A DNA stretch of 64,000 nt, from NCBI GenBank assembly GCA_964057225.1, contig OZ059896.1, positions 15,252,001 through 15,316,000 of the forward strand. The letters are read 5' to 3'. A program made the position numbers and the translations under genes. The DNA is from Auanema rhodensis. Lineage: Eukaryota > Animalia > Nematoda. The notes under the pieces are model-generated. The model searched no databases. It was not told where the DNA came from and was given only the letters and a program-made list of their open reading frames with translations. Each line of letters starts with the position of its first letter. Position 1 is the first letter of the stretch. This document shows positions 13,169 through 26,074 of this stretch, in pieces.

Positions 13169-15081
13169 ATGACTTGTGAAATACCTTTAATGGTTAGACG
13201 GAATTCAGTTAAGAATTTTGATGGTAAAGTTACTTTGATACAATATTCCAACTTATTCTTTCAGAAGAGAGTATAGATGAAACTGTGAATATTCTTCTTA
13301 GTAAACGTAAGCTCATAAAGCATATGCCATCTTCTTGTGCTGATATTTACATCAAATTCAATCAACAAGTAGATATAAGATTGAAATAATCAATTACTCT
13401 TTACATCTATTATGGAATTTTGCAGATTTGCCCAATATGCTCGGTTCAATGCATGACTGCTGACCAATTTTTTTTTCATGTTGTTAGTCAAAAGCATATA
13501 AAAAACGTTTGTTGATATTTTAATATTATGGAAATATTTATATATATATATTTATAGTTAAAACCGAATTTATTGAAATCAGATTTAGATTTTTGGATTT
13601 CAATTGTGACCGAATCCATAAACGGTTTGTTGTCATAGAAAATGTCACTATATTCGTTCACTATTAGAAAATAATTCTAATTCTACCCCTTCACTATTAG
13701 AAAATACTTCTGATTCTATCAAAACGCTGAAACATACACCGTTTTATACATCATTCAATGAAGTTATTCTTGGTAATATATTTAATATTAATTCATATAA
13801 TATAATTCATGGATTATATTTTAGATTCGGACCAATTTAATAAAACCATGCTACCTGTACGAGCTTATTCAGACAGATTTTCAACTTCTTATATTCCTAC
13901 ATTATTGGCAGAAAAAGCATTTAGTTGTTATGAATCATTAGAACGTTGTACATTCTGTGATAAGGAAATTAGCAATATGCGAAACTTTTATTCTCATACA
14001 TTCTGTTTAGGTCATTTTCTAATTGTAAGTTTATTATAAGTTTCAACTTATTTCAACAACACTAAATGTTTTAGATGAAAGAAAAAATTAGTGTATCTCT
14101 CTATGATGTTATTTTTTGGTATCAAGCTTTTGAGATTAATATGAATTTACTACAAAACATCTATGATGCATGTAAAAGTTCTCCTCATCTTCGCCGTTAT
14201 ATTCGAAATTTAGGTAGAAAACAAGGATCTCCGTCATATGCCGAAATTGTTAAGAAAAGTATAAATCATCCTTGTTTTAGTAAGATTTATATTTTATATA
14301 TACTTTATTAAAATATATATTATTTTAGCTTTATTTAAAAATATTCCTGTAATTAGATCTGAGGTTATATTAGCTAAACCTGTAGATGTGGTAGCTAAAC
14401 CTGTAGATGTGGTAGCTAAACCTGTAGCTGTGATAGCTAAACCTGTGAATGTGATAGCTAAACCTGTGAATGTGATAGCTAAACCTGTGAATGTGATAGC
14501 TAAACCTGTAGCTGTGATAGCTAAACCTGTAGATGTGGTGGCTAAACCTGTAGATGTGGTAGCTAAACCTGTAGCTGTGATAGCTAAAACTGTGAATGAA
14601 GTTGTTAAACCAGAGGAAACTGCTACAGCTAGCGAAATACCTGCTGTTACTTCGAAAACAAATGATTTAATACCATTATTAAATAAGGTGAACCCTTCTG
14701 ATTCAAAAGATTGTTTTGCATGTAAGTCAAGTTTCTCAAATATGTTCTTTAAAGTTTATATTGACAGATGAAAGAGTTTATAAAGAAATATCATATATAC
14801 GCTATTGTTTATCCTTAACAGATGAAGTTAGTTTGAACACTAGTACAGATTTTTCAAAGGTTTGTAAAAGTTTATAACAATATTTCTTAGAACTTAAATC
14901 TTTTAATTTTCAGTTAAGATGCCATTTTTGTGATGTGGAATTATTATCAAAATTTCATATTGTTGAGCATGTTGTATGTGATTTACATATTGTATATTTA
15001 AGTTCTTTTTTAAATCCTCAAACTTGTGATTTTATGTATTGGATAAAATTACTTTTAGATCATAGAATAAAGCATTATTAA
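13169..15081 (+). CDS. Protein with three U1/matrin-like C2H2 zinc-finger modules and a VIAKPV heptad repeat
   Basis: Nine exons. Fingers are CPICSVQCMTADQFFFHVVSQKH, CTFCDKEISNMRNFYSHTFCLGH and CHFCDVELLSKFHIVEHVVCDLH, each followed by a D-x2-(F/Y)W motif. TTTCAG acceptor just upstream of the ATG. Confidence 0.7.
14367..14597 (+). repeat. Coding minisatellite, 11 x 21 bp, encoding V(I/V)AKPV(D/A/N)
   Basis: Unit GTG(A/G)TAGCTAAACCTGT(AGAT/AGCT/GAAT) repeated in tandem and in frame. Confidence 0.95.
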
Positions 15082-15591
15082 ACAATCAAATGTGAGTTTC
15101 CAAAGATTTTTCTTTTCATTTTAGTATTTCTATTCATCTTCAATCATAACTATTCTTAGTTTCAACATATTTATTCAAAATTAGACGCATATGATAAAGG
15201 TGAAGTAATGAGCTAATATTAATAAAATATTACAACAATGCTAAGCATGAATGCTACAATCTGATAACTAATATGCGATCTTTGAATTTTTGGTTAAAAC
15301 AAACTTATTTCGATTATTTAAATATTTAGAGAAAAAAAAAGAAGAAGGAGGTGCTATTTTCATGGTTGAAATGTGGAAAGTTGAAAGGTAACACTATCAC
15401 CCGCTGATGATGAAACCGAGACATTATACATATTCTAAAGATACTAACTATATTTAATGAACCGGAATTATGCTCTGTAGTGTTTTAGGCTTTCATACCT
15501 ATGTCTCAGATTGAAATTATGAACAAATAGTTTAAATATGAAGAGAATATCATCTAATCTAAATTGTAAATAAAAACATCTATATTTAGAT

Positions 15592-16211
15592 TTAAGGCGT
15601 TGGTGTATATGAAAACTGTCCTTTCATCATACGGCGTTTTAACTCAGTCCAAAGTAATTGCTGAATGATGTAATACTATGTTAGTTGTTGAAAACTATTA
15701 TCAAACCTTTTCCTTATTAGCCTTTTTCAAGATACTGCCATTTTCAATGGCACGGCGACTTAAATATGGTAGTACATCTTCAACTGGTCCATATGGCAGG
15801 TACTTATAGACGGAGTAACCAGCTTGTCCCAATGAGAATGATACCTAATCGACAATGATGTTTCAGTTTCAGTTTAGTCTTTCACTCACCTGATCACACA
15901 TTCCATATAACTGAGCAAAACACATAATTCTCTCGCTAGGTGCAATTTCACGTTCTTTCATAAGCTTTACGGCAAATCTTAAGAATATACATAAGAGTTA
16001 TTCTCCATTTTACTTCAGTACCGGACAGTATCTTCGTTGTGACTGGCAATCATAACTGATACATTACCACGTCCACGTCGGACGTCTTCATCAGCTATTC
16101 TAGTCAGACATTTCTCATACATATCAGTTGTATGCTGTAATAATATTTTAACAATAAGATTAAAATTAAATTTTTTTTTAAATATTAATACTCTATGTTA
16201 ACCTAATTAGC

Positions 16212-16250
<39 letters not shown>

Positions 16251-18798
16251 CCACGTGGCTAAGTGTAAAAAATATAATTACATTTTTAGTTGACATGTAA
16301 TGAAAATCGGTTGATATTAGGGGAAAGGAGTGTTTTTTCTTTTTATATCCCTTTCTCACTCCAATTTTGTTTATATTTCAAGAAAGACATTGCTTCAAAT
16401 CAAAGTATCGACAATTACAAACCTCAAAGTCGATATTAACTGGATCTTCATAGCCGATGGCAGCAGCTCTCTTACGTTCCTAAAAAAAGATTTTTTTCTT
16501 TACATTAGAAAGTATACAAGCAAAGTGAACTGTCATGTAATAGAACTTTCGACATCATGAAGTTTTGACAAACCTGTTCGATGTAGGCTCCGCGTACTAG
16601 CTTAGCTCCGAAATGCCATCCCTCGCGACGAGCCAATTGCATATCGCATTCCATGTTCTGGAGGGTACTCTTTAAATAAGCTTGGTATGTATTGAATATA
16701 TATCCTCGTTCTTTGTTATATCTTGAAAATAATTTTAAATTAATAAAATGAAAAAGAAAAACTGAATTTACTTTCTCATTAATTCGATAGCAAGTCGAGA
16801 TATTGCTGGTTGGAAGTAGGTTTGCTCAGCATCAACCATAATACGAACTCCCTTGTTAATACCATATTCAGAAATTTTAAGAGTTCTTTGTACCATATTA
16901 GCAAACTAAATGAGATCTAAATATGCGAACAAACGAATTTATTACTAATAAACTGACCTCTTTCTCTTCTGTGCTCGACAAATTTGTTATAAGTGGCTCT
17001 AAATGTCCAGACTTGATGTTCAAAACCTAAAGAGTTTATGAATGATGTTGAAACAGATATGATGTTATATCTACTTTAAACATCTCGCCAAGCTTGGCAT
17101 TATTATCCAAAAGCTTATCCCATCCATGAAAGTCTACGAAGCCATCAGCATCAAAATCGACAGTTTTGAACCAATCGCGTACGACTTTCGAGTCAGCTTT
17201 CACACCAAATGCCTTCAATATAGGTAATATGAATATATACATGACCTTTTATCATTTTTTGTTTTTCGATTTTTACTTTGAGCTTATTAACAAATTCTTC
17301 TTCACTCAAACGACTCATCTGAAGTTGATCCATTCCAGTTAAAGTTTTAAAGAAGTTATGTGCTTGAGCAATTGACTCTAAACAAAAAAAACAGGAAAAT
17401 GAGTGTAATATAGATAATACTAATCAACTAATTTCAACATAGTATATTGTTTTTTGAGAAAAAAAAACTGATCGCATGTATGTTTAAACTAAAGAAAGGA
17501 GAAATTTAGGTCAGCAGGTAACTAAAGTGGAAAAAACTAGAATCAAAGTTGGAGGTAGATAAGGAGGGACAGGTAGAGGAGAACAAACTTAATTATAACA
17601 TTATCAGTTTTTTTCATCTAAAATCTAGTAAATATTTCTTATAGTATTAAAAACTAACCAGATAATTTTAATAATAATGCTGGACGTCCTAAAGCAGTAA
17701 TCTTGATAGCTGCAAAACCTTCGCCTCCAGTAGCTTCAGCAACAGCATCAATAGATTCCATAAAAATTTCCATATTTCTATCACAGTTTTCTTCTCCTTC
17801 ATAGAAATAAGTTCTGAAAAAAAATATGGGAATATGACGTCATCTAGCAGATATAGACAAGAGCAAACCTTGCACTAACAACATCTGCACGACGATCAGC
17901 AAATTCCTCATGTGATCTATATTTGGCTTGAGTTGTTGAGAGAGTTTCTTCATCTACGGTTGATGTTATAGCCTTCAATAGAAATATTGATTAATGTTGC
18001 TAGATTCTTTATATATCTTACAGCTGGCTCAATTTTAGCTTCTACAGCACCTTCTTTGGTCTTGTCAGCTGCTTCTTCTGAGGATAAATCGCATTCAACA
18101 GAATAATCCAGAATAGATTTAACTCCGAAAGGTCTTAAACGGGCCATTACAGGCTCAACCTAAAATAAAATTACAATATGATAAGCAACAATATGAAGTT
18201 TCCTCTCACCTCAGCTTTATTTTCCCCTCCTACAAAGTGTCCATAAAAAGTACTTTTTAGAGTTTTTTTGAATAGGTTTTTGCCAAGAATCTAAAAACAT
18301 ATTTTAGATGAAATATCAAGAGATAACAATAATATACCTTTTTCATAACGTTTAAAATATGTTGATTGTTTTGAACTAAGAAGTTAACACCACATAATCG
18401 AAGAACAAGTAAAGCTCGTACAAGCTCAGTATTTGTTTTGCTCTGAAATTAAGTATAATCAAAAAAAATTAAAAGCAAGTAAACCTTAAAAGCTTCTTCA
18501 GTATTAGTAAACGTTAAATCAAGTTTTTTATAGCATTTCTCAATCTCTTCAGCTTTTTCGGGTGTAGCGGGCTGAAACTGTCTTGTCGCTGTTCCTGAAA
18601 AATAAAATAAATTTCATGAAAATTGGAGAAAAAAAAAATAAAAATTGACGTTCAAGTCTAGAGAACATTTTTCATCGTCTAATAATGAAAGTTCGCAAAT
18701 ATGTGGTTTTTTGTGCACTGACCTTGAGCCGAAGTTGAAGACAGACGTATCAAGTTGTTAAGAGTTCTTTGATTTAAGCTCAACAAACGAAGACTCAT
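15592..18798 (-). CDS. prdh-1: Mitochondrial proline dehydrogenase
   Basis: N-terminal presequence [13 protein letters not shown]. Motifs: [80 protein letters not shown]. Confidence 0.96.
16215..16248. repeat. (TA)n microsatellite in a prdh-1 intron
   Basis: Visible dinucleotide run. Confidence 0.9.
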
Positions 18799-21700
18799 TG
18801 TAAGCTTTTCGAGCTGGAAAAAATCTTAAAAGTGAATGGAAAACGTTTTAGACGAAGAGCATGATTGCTTCTGCGCAGAACAAACTTTGGCATTTGACCG
18901 ATCGATTGCTTCGCACAAAAAAAAACGTGGAAAGTTTAATGAAAAAGCATTAAAACGTGCAAAGAAGAAGAAAACTAATGAATATTTGAATGCGATGATG
19001 ATTAAGTCAAAAAAATTTCAATGGGATTTTGATTTACAATCTCAAAACATAACTTCAGAACAAAAAAATGAACCGGAATTAAGATGTGATATTACGCAAA
19101 CTGAAAAAGATGAAGAGAACAAATAGAAAAGTGAGAAATGTGCTGAATGGAATTGAAATTAGTTAATTATAACATTTTTAGTATGAATCATCACATAATT
19201 AGCATATAGATGCTCGATGTTGCACGCAAAAACGAGGACGCTGATTGGTGAAAGATGACTGGGAGGCAAGCATGAGGGAGGGAAATGGCAAAATGCTTAT
19301 GCGTTACTCGCGTATTGATTCACAAACGCATACACACAACAGAAAAGATGAAAAAAGGGTGGCTGACTGAGGGAATATATGATGAAGAGATAGAGAGAGG
19401 AAGAGAATAAGCGAAAGAGGAGCAATTGGAGGTGAGGAAGGGAGGTGGGAGGAACAAAAAGAGAAATGATGTTAACACTTTCCTCATTTAATCAGATAGC
19501 CATCTTGTTTTAGTTTTTTTTTGTTTAAGTTTTAAGTAAATAAGATATGTATCATAGTTAGTATGTCTTGATAGAGTGTATGAAATGGCATGATGTTATT
19601 AAGATCAGAATGGCAAGATGACTGATTCAATGAACTGAGAATTTTCTGAATGCATGACGGTTCCTTACATCAAGTTGAATAGGGTAAAAAGGATGTGGTG
19701 TTTCCAGTCAAATGTTTTCATATAAATCATCGGTTGTAAGGATGATCTGATACGAATGAAAAACGAAAAAGTAGCAAAAGGTATCTATTCAAGTAGAAGT
19801 AAAAATGGTTCATTTGCTCGAAAAATGAGAGGCAAATGATCGAGGGCAGTGTGGCAAAAACTTAAGAATGTGAAGAGGAAAAAAAGAAGAACGAACGGAC
19901 AAGTTTGCTAGATAGAGGGATAGATAGAGATGAAGATAGAAAAAGAGCTAAAATGAGAGATTGCTAAAAGGCGGAGCATTTGCCGGCAGCATGCAACGAG
20001 AAAAGAGAAAGAATAGCAAAAAAAGAAAAAGAAAACGGATAGAAAAAGACGTTACACGTGTGAGACAGAAGTTGTAAATCCTTTATTATAGTTTCAGTTG
20101 TTTCTTGCTATTTTTAAATCCTATTTTTAAAAAATCAGCTTTTGAACTATCAGCAAGAAATATTACATGTTAAACTATAGTAAAATCCTATTGGTGAATG
20201 TGCAGTTTTGTGTACTGAACTTCGATGTTCAGCGAATCAAGCCCTGAAAACATGTAACATCAACAGTGTATATAGGTGATTAATCACATGTATCAACCGT
20301 ATCTGAAATCTTAAAATAATAAAATTATCAACCTCACGTGTACATTTTCACGTAAACGTCTTAAAGTATATGTGTTTATGCGTAAAAATAAATTTTTAAT
20401 TAATAATAAATCAACGTTTAATTTATTAAAATTATTTATTATTACCGTAAATATAAATATTATGATAGAATATCGTTTTAAAAAATAAATTTAGTTTAAT
20501 GTAGCCATATACATATTCATATGTATTGGAAACATAGATGTTTATGTAACAGTATCATATATAACCGGTATATCAATTTCTCAATAGTTTAATATGTATT
20601 TTGTATGTAAATTACTTTTAGAACTATTAAGTAGATTGTGCAAACTTTTAATAAGTATATAAGGATCCAATATTTATTTGCTTTCGAAAAGTAAAAACTC
20701 TAAACTCCTATACTAGAAACGAAAACGTTTTTTTCCGTTTTCACTGATATGATAATAACACGTGTAGTCATAACCAATCTAAATGCCAGCTTATAATAAA
20801 CATAAACTTTGCAAATTGTGAGAAAATGTCAATTTCTTAGTATAAAATAAATATTATTCCCCTGTTATTATCATATGACATTCTTTTTTTCAAATTTATA
20901 TATTTATAATAGTAATTCTAATTTTATTGTTTGATTAGCTCAAAGGTTGATGATGTAATGTACTGAATCAGATTGTTAAATGAGTAAGTTTACTTTCGAG
21001 TTGATGTCTGAAAAGGAAACGAATGAGAAAACTCGGGAAAAAAGAGTTGATGATGATAGAATTATAGATCAAGTTCTATAAACCATCAGAGTTCGATGTT
21101 ACAAAAGATCATGTATCAAATTTGAATTGAATATGAAAACAAACATTTAAAAGGTTAAAAACAGAATAGAATATACGATATTTGTAATATTTCTGACAAC
21201 TAAATGCAGTTGTTGCCGGTCAACAGACTCATGAACCAGGCTGATGAACTAATGTCAGACTCACTTTGATATAAATATTTTCCTTTAAAACTTCTAGGGG
21301 ATTTAACTTTTATTTTATATATTTTGTTCACTTGATTATAGACTGTAACATAACATTTAGTATTCAACTTATCAACTTTTTAAAAAAAATTATAATTTTA
21401 TTAAAATAAAGCTTGTCATGCTTATATTAAAAATAATATTAAATTTGATTATGAGATAGGCGTTGCAGTTAAACAGTATATAATAAAAGTGATAGTTTTA
21501 TAGAGAAATCTGATAATATTTTCATTTTTATTAAATTAATGTTTCTGCGCCATCTATCATGAACATCCGGTATTCTATATTGAGATATTGAATATAAATA
21601 GATATCTATTAGTCATTCTATAAGCATAAGAAACAAAAGGAGCATGTAAAAAGTTGATTTAATACTTGAAAGCAAATATATTTCTAAGCAAATTTTATAA

Positions 21701-22956
21701 TGATTAAAACTTGTTTAATACAAATTATGACGTCATTTCATTGACATAAATCACGTTAAAATCACGTGAATAAGGTTAGAGCATCTACGTCATCAATAAC
21801 ATCATCATCATGATATGTGTAAAACATTAATCCTTTTGCGCTCTGCAATATATAAAAAATACTTATCAATATCATAAAAAAGGTTGATGATTATCATCCT
21901 TATATACTTTTCACATTCAACGATGTATAAGGCCTCGTACTTGTTTCCATAGTAAAGAAAATATTTGTTTTATTTTTTTTTAAATGTCGTGCGTATTTCA
22001 ATTTTATTGGAACGGACTCTCTAGCAACCAATTAGAAACAATATGGCTTCTTCATTTTAGTCTTGTGCGTTGTTACTAGACTTCGAATGTTTTCGAAAAA
22101 CTTTGGAAATATTTCGTAAGCGAACAGTTCCCTCTTGTTCAGACTCTACTGAATAATATCTTGTCACTGCCCAACACCTCCGCTTTCCCTCTCTCTCTCT
22201 TTCTCTCTTTCACTCTTTCACTCTGTCACTGTTTTATCCAGCTTTTCCTTTCTATCTTTTATTCTCGTTTCATCAATTCTCATCTACTCCATCTTCATAA
22301 TAATCACAACAATTAAGAATTTAGAATTGTTATCCAAACAGGCCAAATGTCCAAAAGACGTCCACGTCGGTTTCATTCATTCTCAGTGTCGTGTTTATAT
22401 TGTTTAATAACGTCTATTGCACAATTTTTCGTAATTATTACCTTTTCCTGTGCAAGATGTCACATGCCATTGTTAAAGCTTTAATATAGGTCCAGTCATA
22501 CAGCTTTTAGTTGCCTTCAAACTTTCAACACCAAAAAAATGATGATAATAGCTCAGAAAATTATGTTATCAAACTTATTTCTGCACACTCTTGTTTTATT
22601 CATGTTTCTCAGATATTACACAATCTTTAACAGCTCCGTAAACATAATTAGACCACCTAGATTTCAAAAAAGAATCATTTCAATACCACCGTCTATCTAA
22701 TGCTTTCAAATGTAATTCTTCATTATTTTCATTGTTACTTCCCACCATGACGTCATTATTGCTTTTTAGATTGTAAAATTGTCACATTATATTCAACGAA
22801 TGTTCTATTTCCGTATACACAGAACCTTAATATTTCATTTGTTTTACTAAAAAGAAAGAAAAAATTTATTTATTCTCGTGATATTGGTCTTCTGGTATCT
22901 TAACAAACTATTATCCTTGAGGATGCATCATAATTATCTACAGGCAACACAATATT

Positions 22957-23008
22957 CGGAATGCAAGTATTGCGAAGGGTTTCGCAATACTTGCATTCCG
23001 CTTTTTTT
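22957..23008. other. Perfect 20-bp inverted repeat (4-nt loop) followed by a T7 tract
   Basis: CGGAATGCAAGTATTGCGAA-GGGT-TTCGCAATACTTGCATTCCG-C-TTTTTTT. The structure is certain, the function unknown. Confidence 0.9.
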
Positions 23009-23248
23009 CTCTTCAGTGTCATCAAAGTCGTCGTCACTAGCATCAGACAAGAGAGACTTGTTGGTCAGGTTGTAGTGAGGATAGGACACATATAGCACAC
23101 ACACACACACACCGAAGCCTTCCATGTCTCATACTTGCTGTTGACATTACCTTTCGCCTCGAAACTAATCATCTCATTTAACACGGTTTCGAAAATAAAA
23201 ATGCTCTGAAGTATGATATGCAGTCGTTATTCTGTTCCCAGCTCTCTC

Positions 23249-23281
<33 letters not shown>

Positions 23282-24997
23282 CTCGCTCTCTCTCTCTCAC
23301 CTACTTTCTATCTCTTCACTTTGATAATTCCTTTTTATCATTACTTCTTCTCTCTTTCCGTCTATCTCTCATTCATTATAACATCATAGTATCTTGTCAT
23401 AGATGACAGTTTGCATCAATGTAGGTATCGTCAAGCTTATTCCAAGCTTCATCGTTATCATTCGAATTCATAATAGGCCCAATGATCAAATGCATCATCA
23501 TTCGTCCAATCTCGAACCAACCAGAATATACTCAGTCAATGACACTACAACAAACACATTTAACCTCACTCAGCATTGATCTTTTCGTCCGATATTCTTC
23601 TACATTACTTTACCATTCTCTCTCTCTCTCTCTCCATTGTGCTTATTGTATCATTTTGTTACATGATGTGTGATGTTGCTTCAAGTCATTATCAACATTT
23701 CTATCTGTCATCTGTTTATTATGCATATTTTCTATTTTTGCTCAATCATTGGCCAATATTTCCTGAAATATTATTTTTATAATTACAGTAAGAATAATAT
23801 TATATTAATTAACATTTTCTATATCATTAGAGAAACAGATTAATTAGCTTTAACATTATTATTGGCGGTAACTCTTATTACAATCCATCTTATATTTGTT
23901 TTCCTACTATTTCTCACTAACTATATGTCTTCCATATACTTTCAAAAAAAAGAAAGGTTTCTTCTCTCATTATCTTGCTTTTCCGTTTCTATTTCATCTA
24001 AAAAGAAAATCTTTTTTTACAGTTGTACCTAAAGGTGTGATCTACATGTAATCTATAGACTAATAATCAATAATGGTTGAGCAATAGTTACATATATATA
24101 TATATATAGAATACTAACCAAATAAAACAAAAAAATTTTTCATTCAATTTTCTTTGGCTTTTTATTATTTAGATTTCAACAATTACTTCTTTTTTCTTTC
24201 ATTTTGTTAGTCATCTTTTACTGATTAAGAATTATCAGTGCTTTGTTCTTTTCACATTTTGGTTAAAACGTTTAGTTGGTTATCCAAGTGTCAGCAAGTG
24301 TATTAAGTGTGCTTCTTATTTTCATTAAACTATGTTTTTGTCGTATCAAATACTATAATGTTTATATTCAAACACCTGATGATGATTCATAGCCCTTGCT
24401 AGTACGAGAGTTTGATAATAGCTCGTGAAATGATCAGAGAGACAGGATGGTCATTCTGTTCTTTGCAAGGTGCTGGAATACCTGCATATCTCCTACTTTC
24501 CAAATAGCTTGCACACATACACTTGTCAACTCATTCAACTACATGAAAACAAGTAGTTTACGTGAAAATATGACGTAATTGACTTTCTCGATTAAATTAT
24601 CATTTTCTCATTTCTGTCTAAGCTTATGCCAAACGGGAGGTTTTATATATCTTACAATCCATCATTTACAATCAACATATACTGTATTTTCTCGTTTATA
24701 TTATGCATATTTGCTGATTTTTCTCTTCTCTCATTACCAATTTCCCATGTACATTGAAATCATTGATTTCATCAAAAGATTACTTCATCCTGTCTGGGAA
24801 CTTGTGTATATGCCCTGAGGGGATAAGTATTTACTTAAAAAAATTTGCAACAGGCTGCAATATCATTAGCAATATTTCTGCATTAGTTACTCTTATATGT
24901 ATGTAGATTTTATCTTTTTTTCTTCTAAAAATTAAGTAAACAGTTTTCAATATCATTTATTATTTTATTTCGTGATGACTCATTTACAGACTTAAAC

Positions 24998-26074
24998 ATG
25001 TACTCTCCTTCACAAAGTGCTAACCTTCTTAATATTGCTTCTCAACTCTTGCCTTTTCAAGAGCAAAATCTCAGAAATCATAAGGTAATTGTAAAACTCT
25101 TATATCATGTCATAAAATAATTTGTTTAAGTTGCAATATTGCTCTGCTTCACTGAATTCTGAGCTCGGTTCGATATCGCCAGCTAGTGTATCATCAAATG
25201 ATGACGATTTCAACATTGAACAAGTTGTAAGTTTCAGAATATGCTCTTGTTTTCTTAATTAAAAATATTTTTTTCTTTTTAGGTTATCAAAGGATTAGTT
25301 GGTAACCGTCAACTTCCATATAGAAACTATGATTGCGAGATGTGTGGTGCTAGAGGCCACACGATTCATCATTGCCCAATGGTAAGCTCTCCAATCCATG
25401 CTTTCTGTAAAATAGATTTGATCAAATGCGTTTTCTGTAGTCATCCGATCCTATTTTCAGAGAAATGGCAAAACGTCTTCGCATCTGCTCGGTAACAGCG
25501 TTGGTGTTCTGAACTCCAAATTTGGTGCTGGATCGTCCACTAGTTCATCATCTAATGATAATGATTTGGACATTGAACAAGCTGTAAGTTTTAAAAATTG
25601 CGTTACTTTTCAAAGTATTTGTTGAAATTAACTGTGTTCTATTCAGCTTTTCAAAGAATTGTTAGCTCTTCGTCAAGTTCCATATCGTAATTATGTTTGT
25701 CACAGATGTGGCCGTGAAGGTCATATGATCCGTTATTGCCCAACGGTAAGCTTTAAAATTCATACTTTCTGATAAAAGAATAGGATGAAACATATTTTCC
25801 ATAGTAATATTGACCGATTTTCAGAGAGATCTCGAAATGCCTTCGCCTTATCAAGGTGAACGTCGAAGCATTGGCATATTCCACTGTACTACCTGTAATC
25901 GAGAGTGGCAGTACGTTTTAAGACCATTATAATTTTTTTCTAATCAAAAAATAAAATATAATAGAGAATATTTGCAGATCGAAAAACACATTTGCTAATC
26001 GTTCTCACAAATGCAACACTTGCGGAAATTCAATTTTTCCAAGTAAGATGTATCCTCTTTGTCACCAGTATTAA
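24998..26074 (+). CDS. ZCCHC24-like protein: two CCHC zinc knuckles plus a partial 3CxxC-type zinc domain
   Basis: Seven exons. Knuckles YDCEMCGARGHTIHHCP and YVCHRCGREGHMIRYCP are followed by SPYQGERRSIGIFHCTTCNREWQSKNTFANRSHKCNTCGNSIFP, which resembles the PYQG..R.FG...C..C.R.W segment of ZCCHC24. Confidence 0.72.

Noticed and set aside
13657-13719. Two-copy ~33-bp tandem duplication in an intron
   Set aside because: An ordinary local slippage duplication with no sign of function.
14367-14597. Regular repeat considered as a CRISPR-like array
   Set aside because: The units are contiguous with no unique spacers, lie in frame in an exon, and the context is eukaryotic.
17100-17180. EF-hand-like DFDADGFVD motif in proline dehydrogenase
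   Set aside because: An EF-hand-like insert is a known feature of animal PRODH, so it is not novel.
18836-19126. 96-aa Lys/Glu-rich + strand ORF
   Set aside because: It is the antisense of the pyrimidine-rich region upstream of prdh-1 and has no domain or splice support.
19845-19856. GGCAGTGTGG (miR-34-like) and TGGCAAGATG near 19611 (miR-72/73-like) seed matches
   Set aside because: The 3' sequence diverges from the mature miRNAs and no precursor hairpin is evident.
22957-23008. Bacterial intrinsic terminator or Helitron 3' end
   Set aside because: There is no bacterial-type gene nearby and no CTRR terminus at the expected distance. Kept only as an unexplained hairpin.
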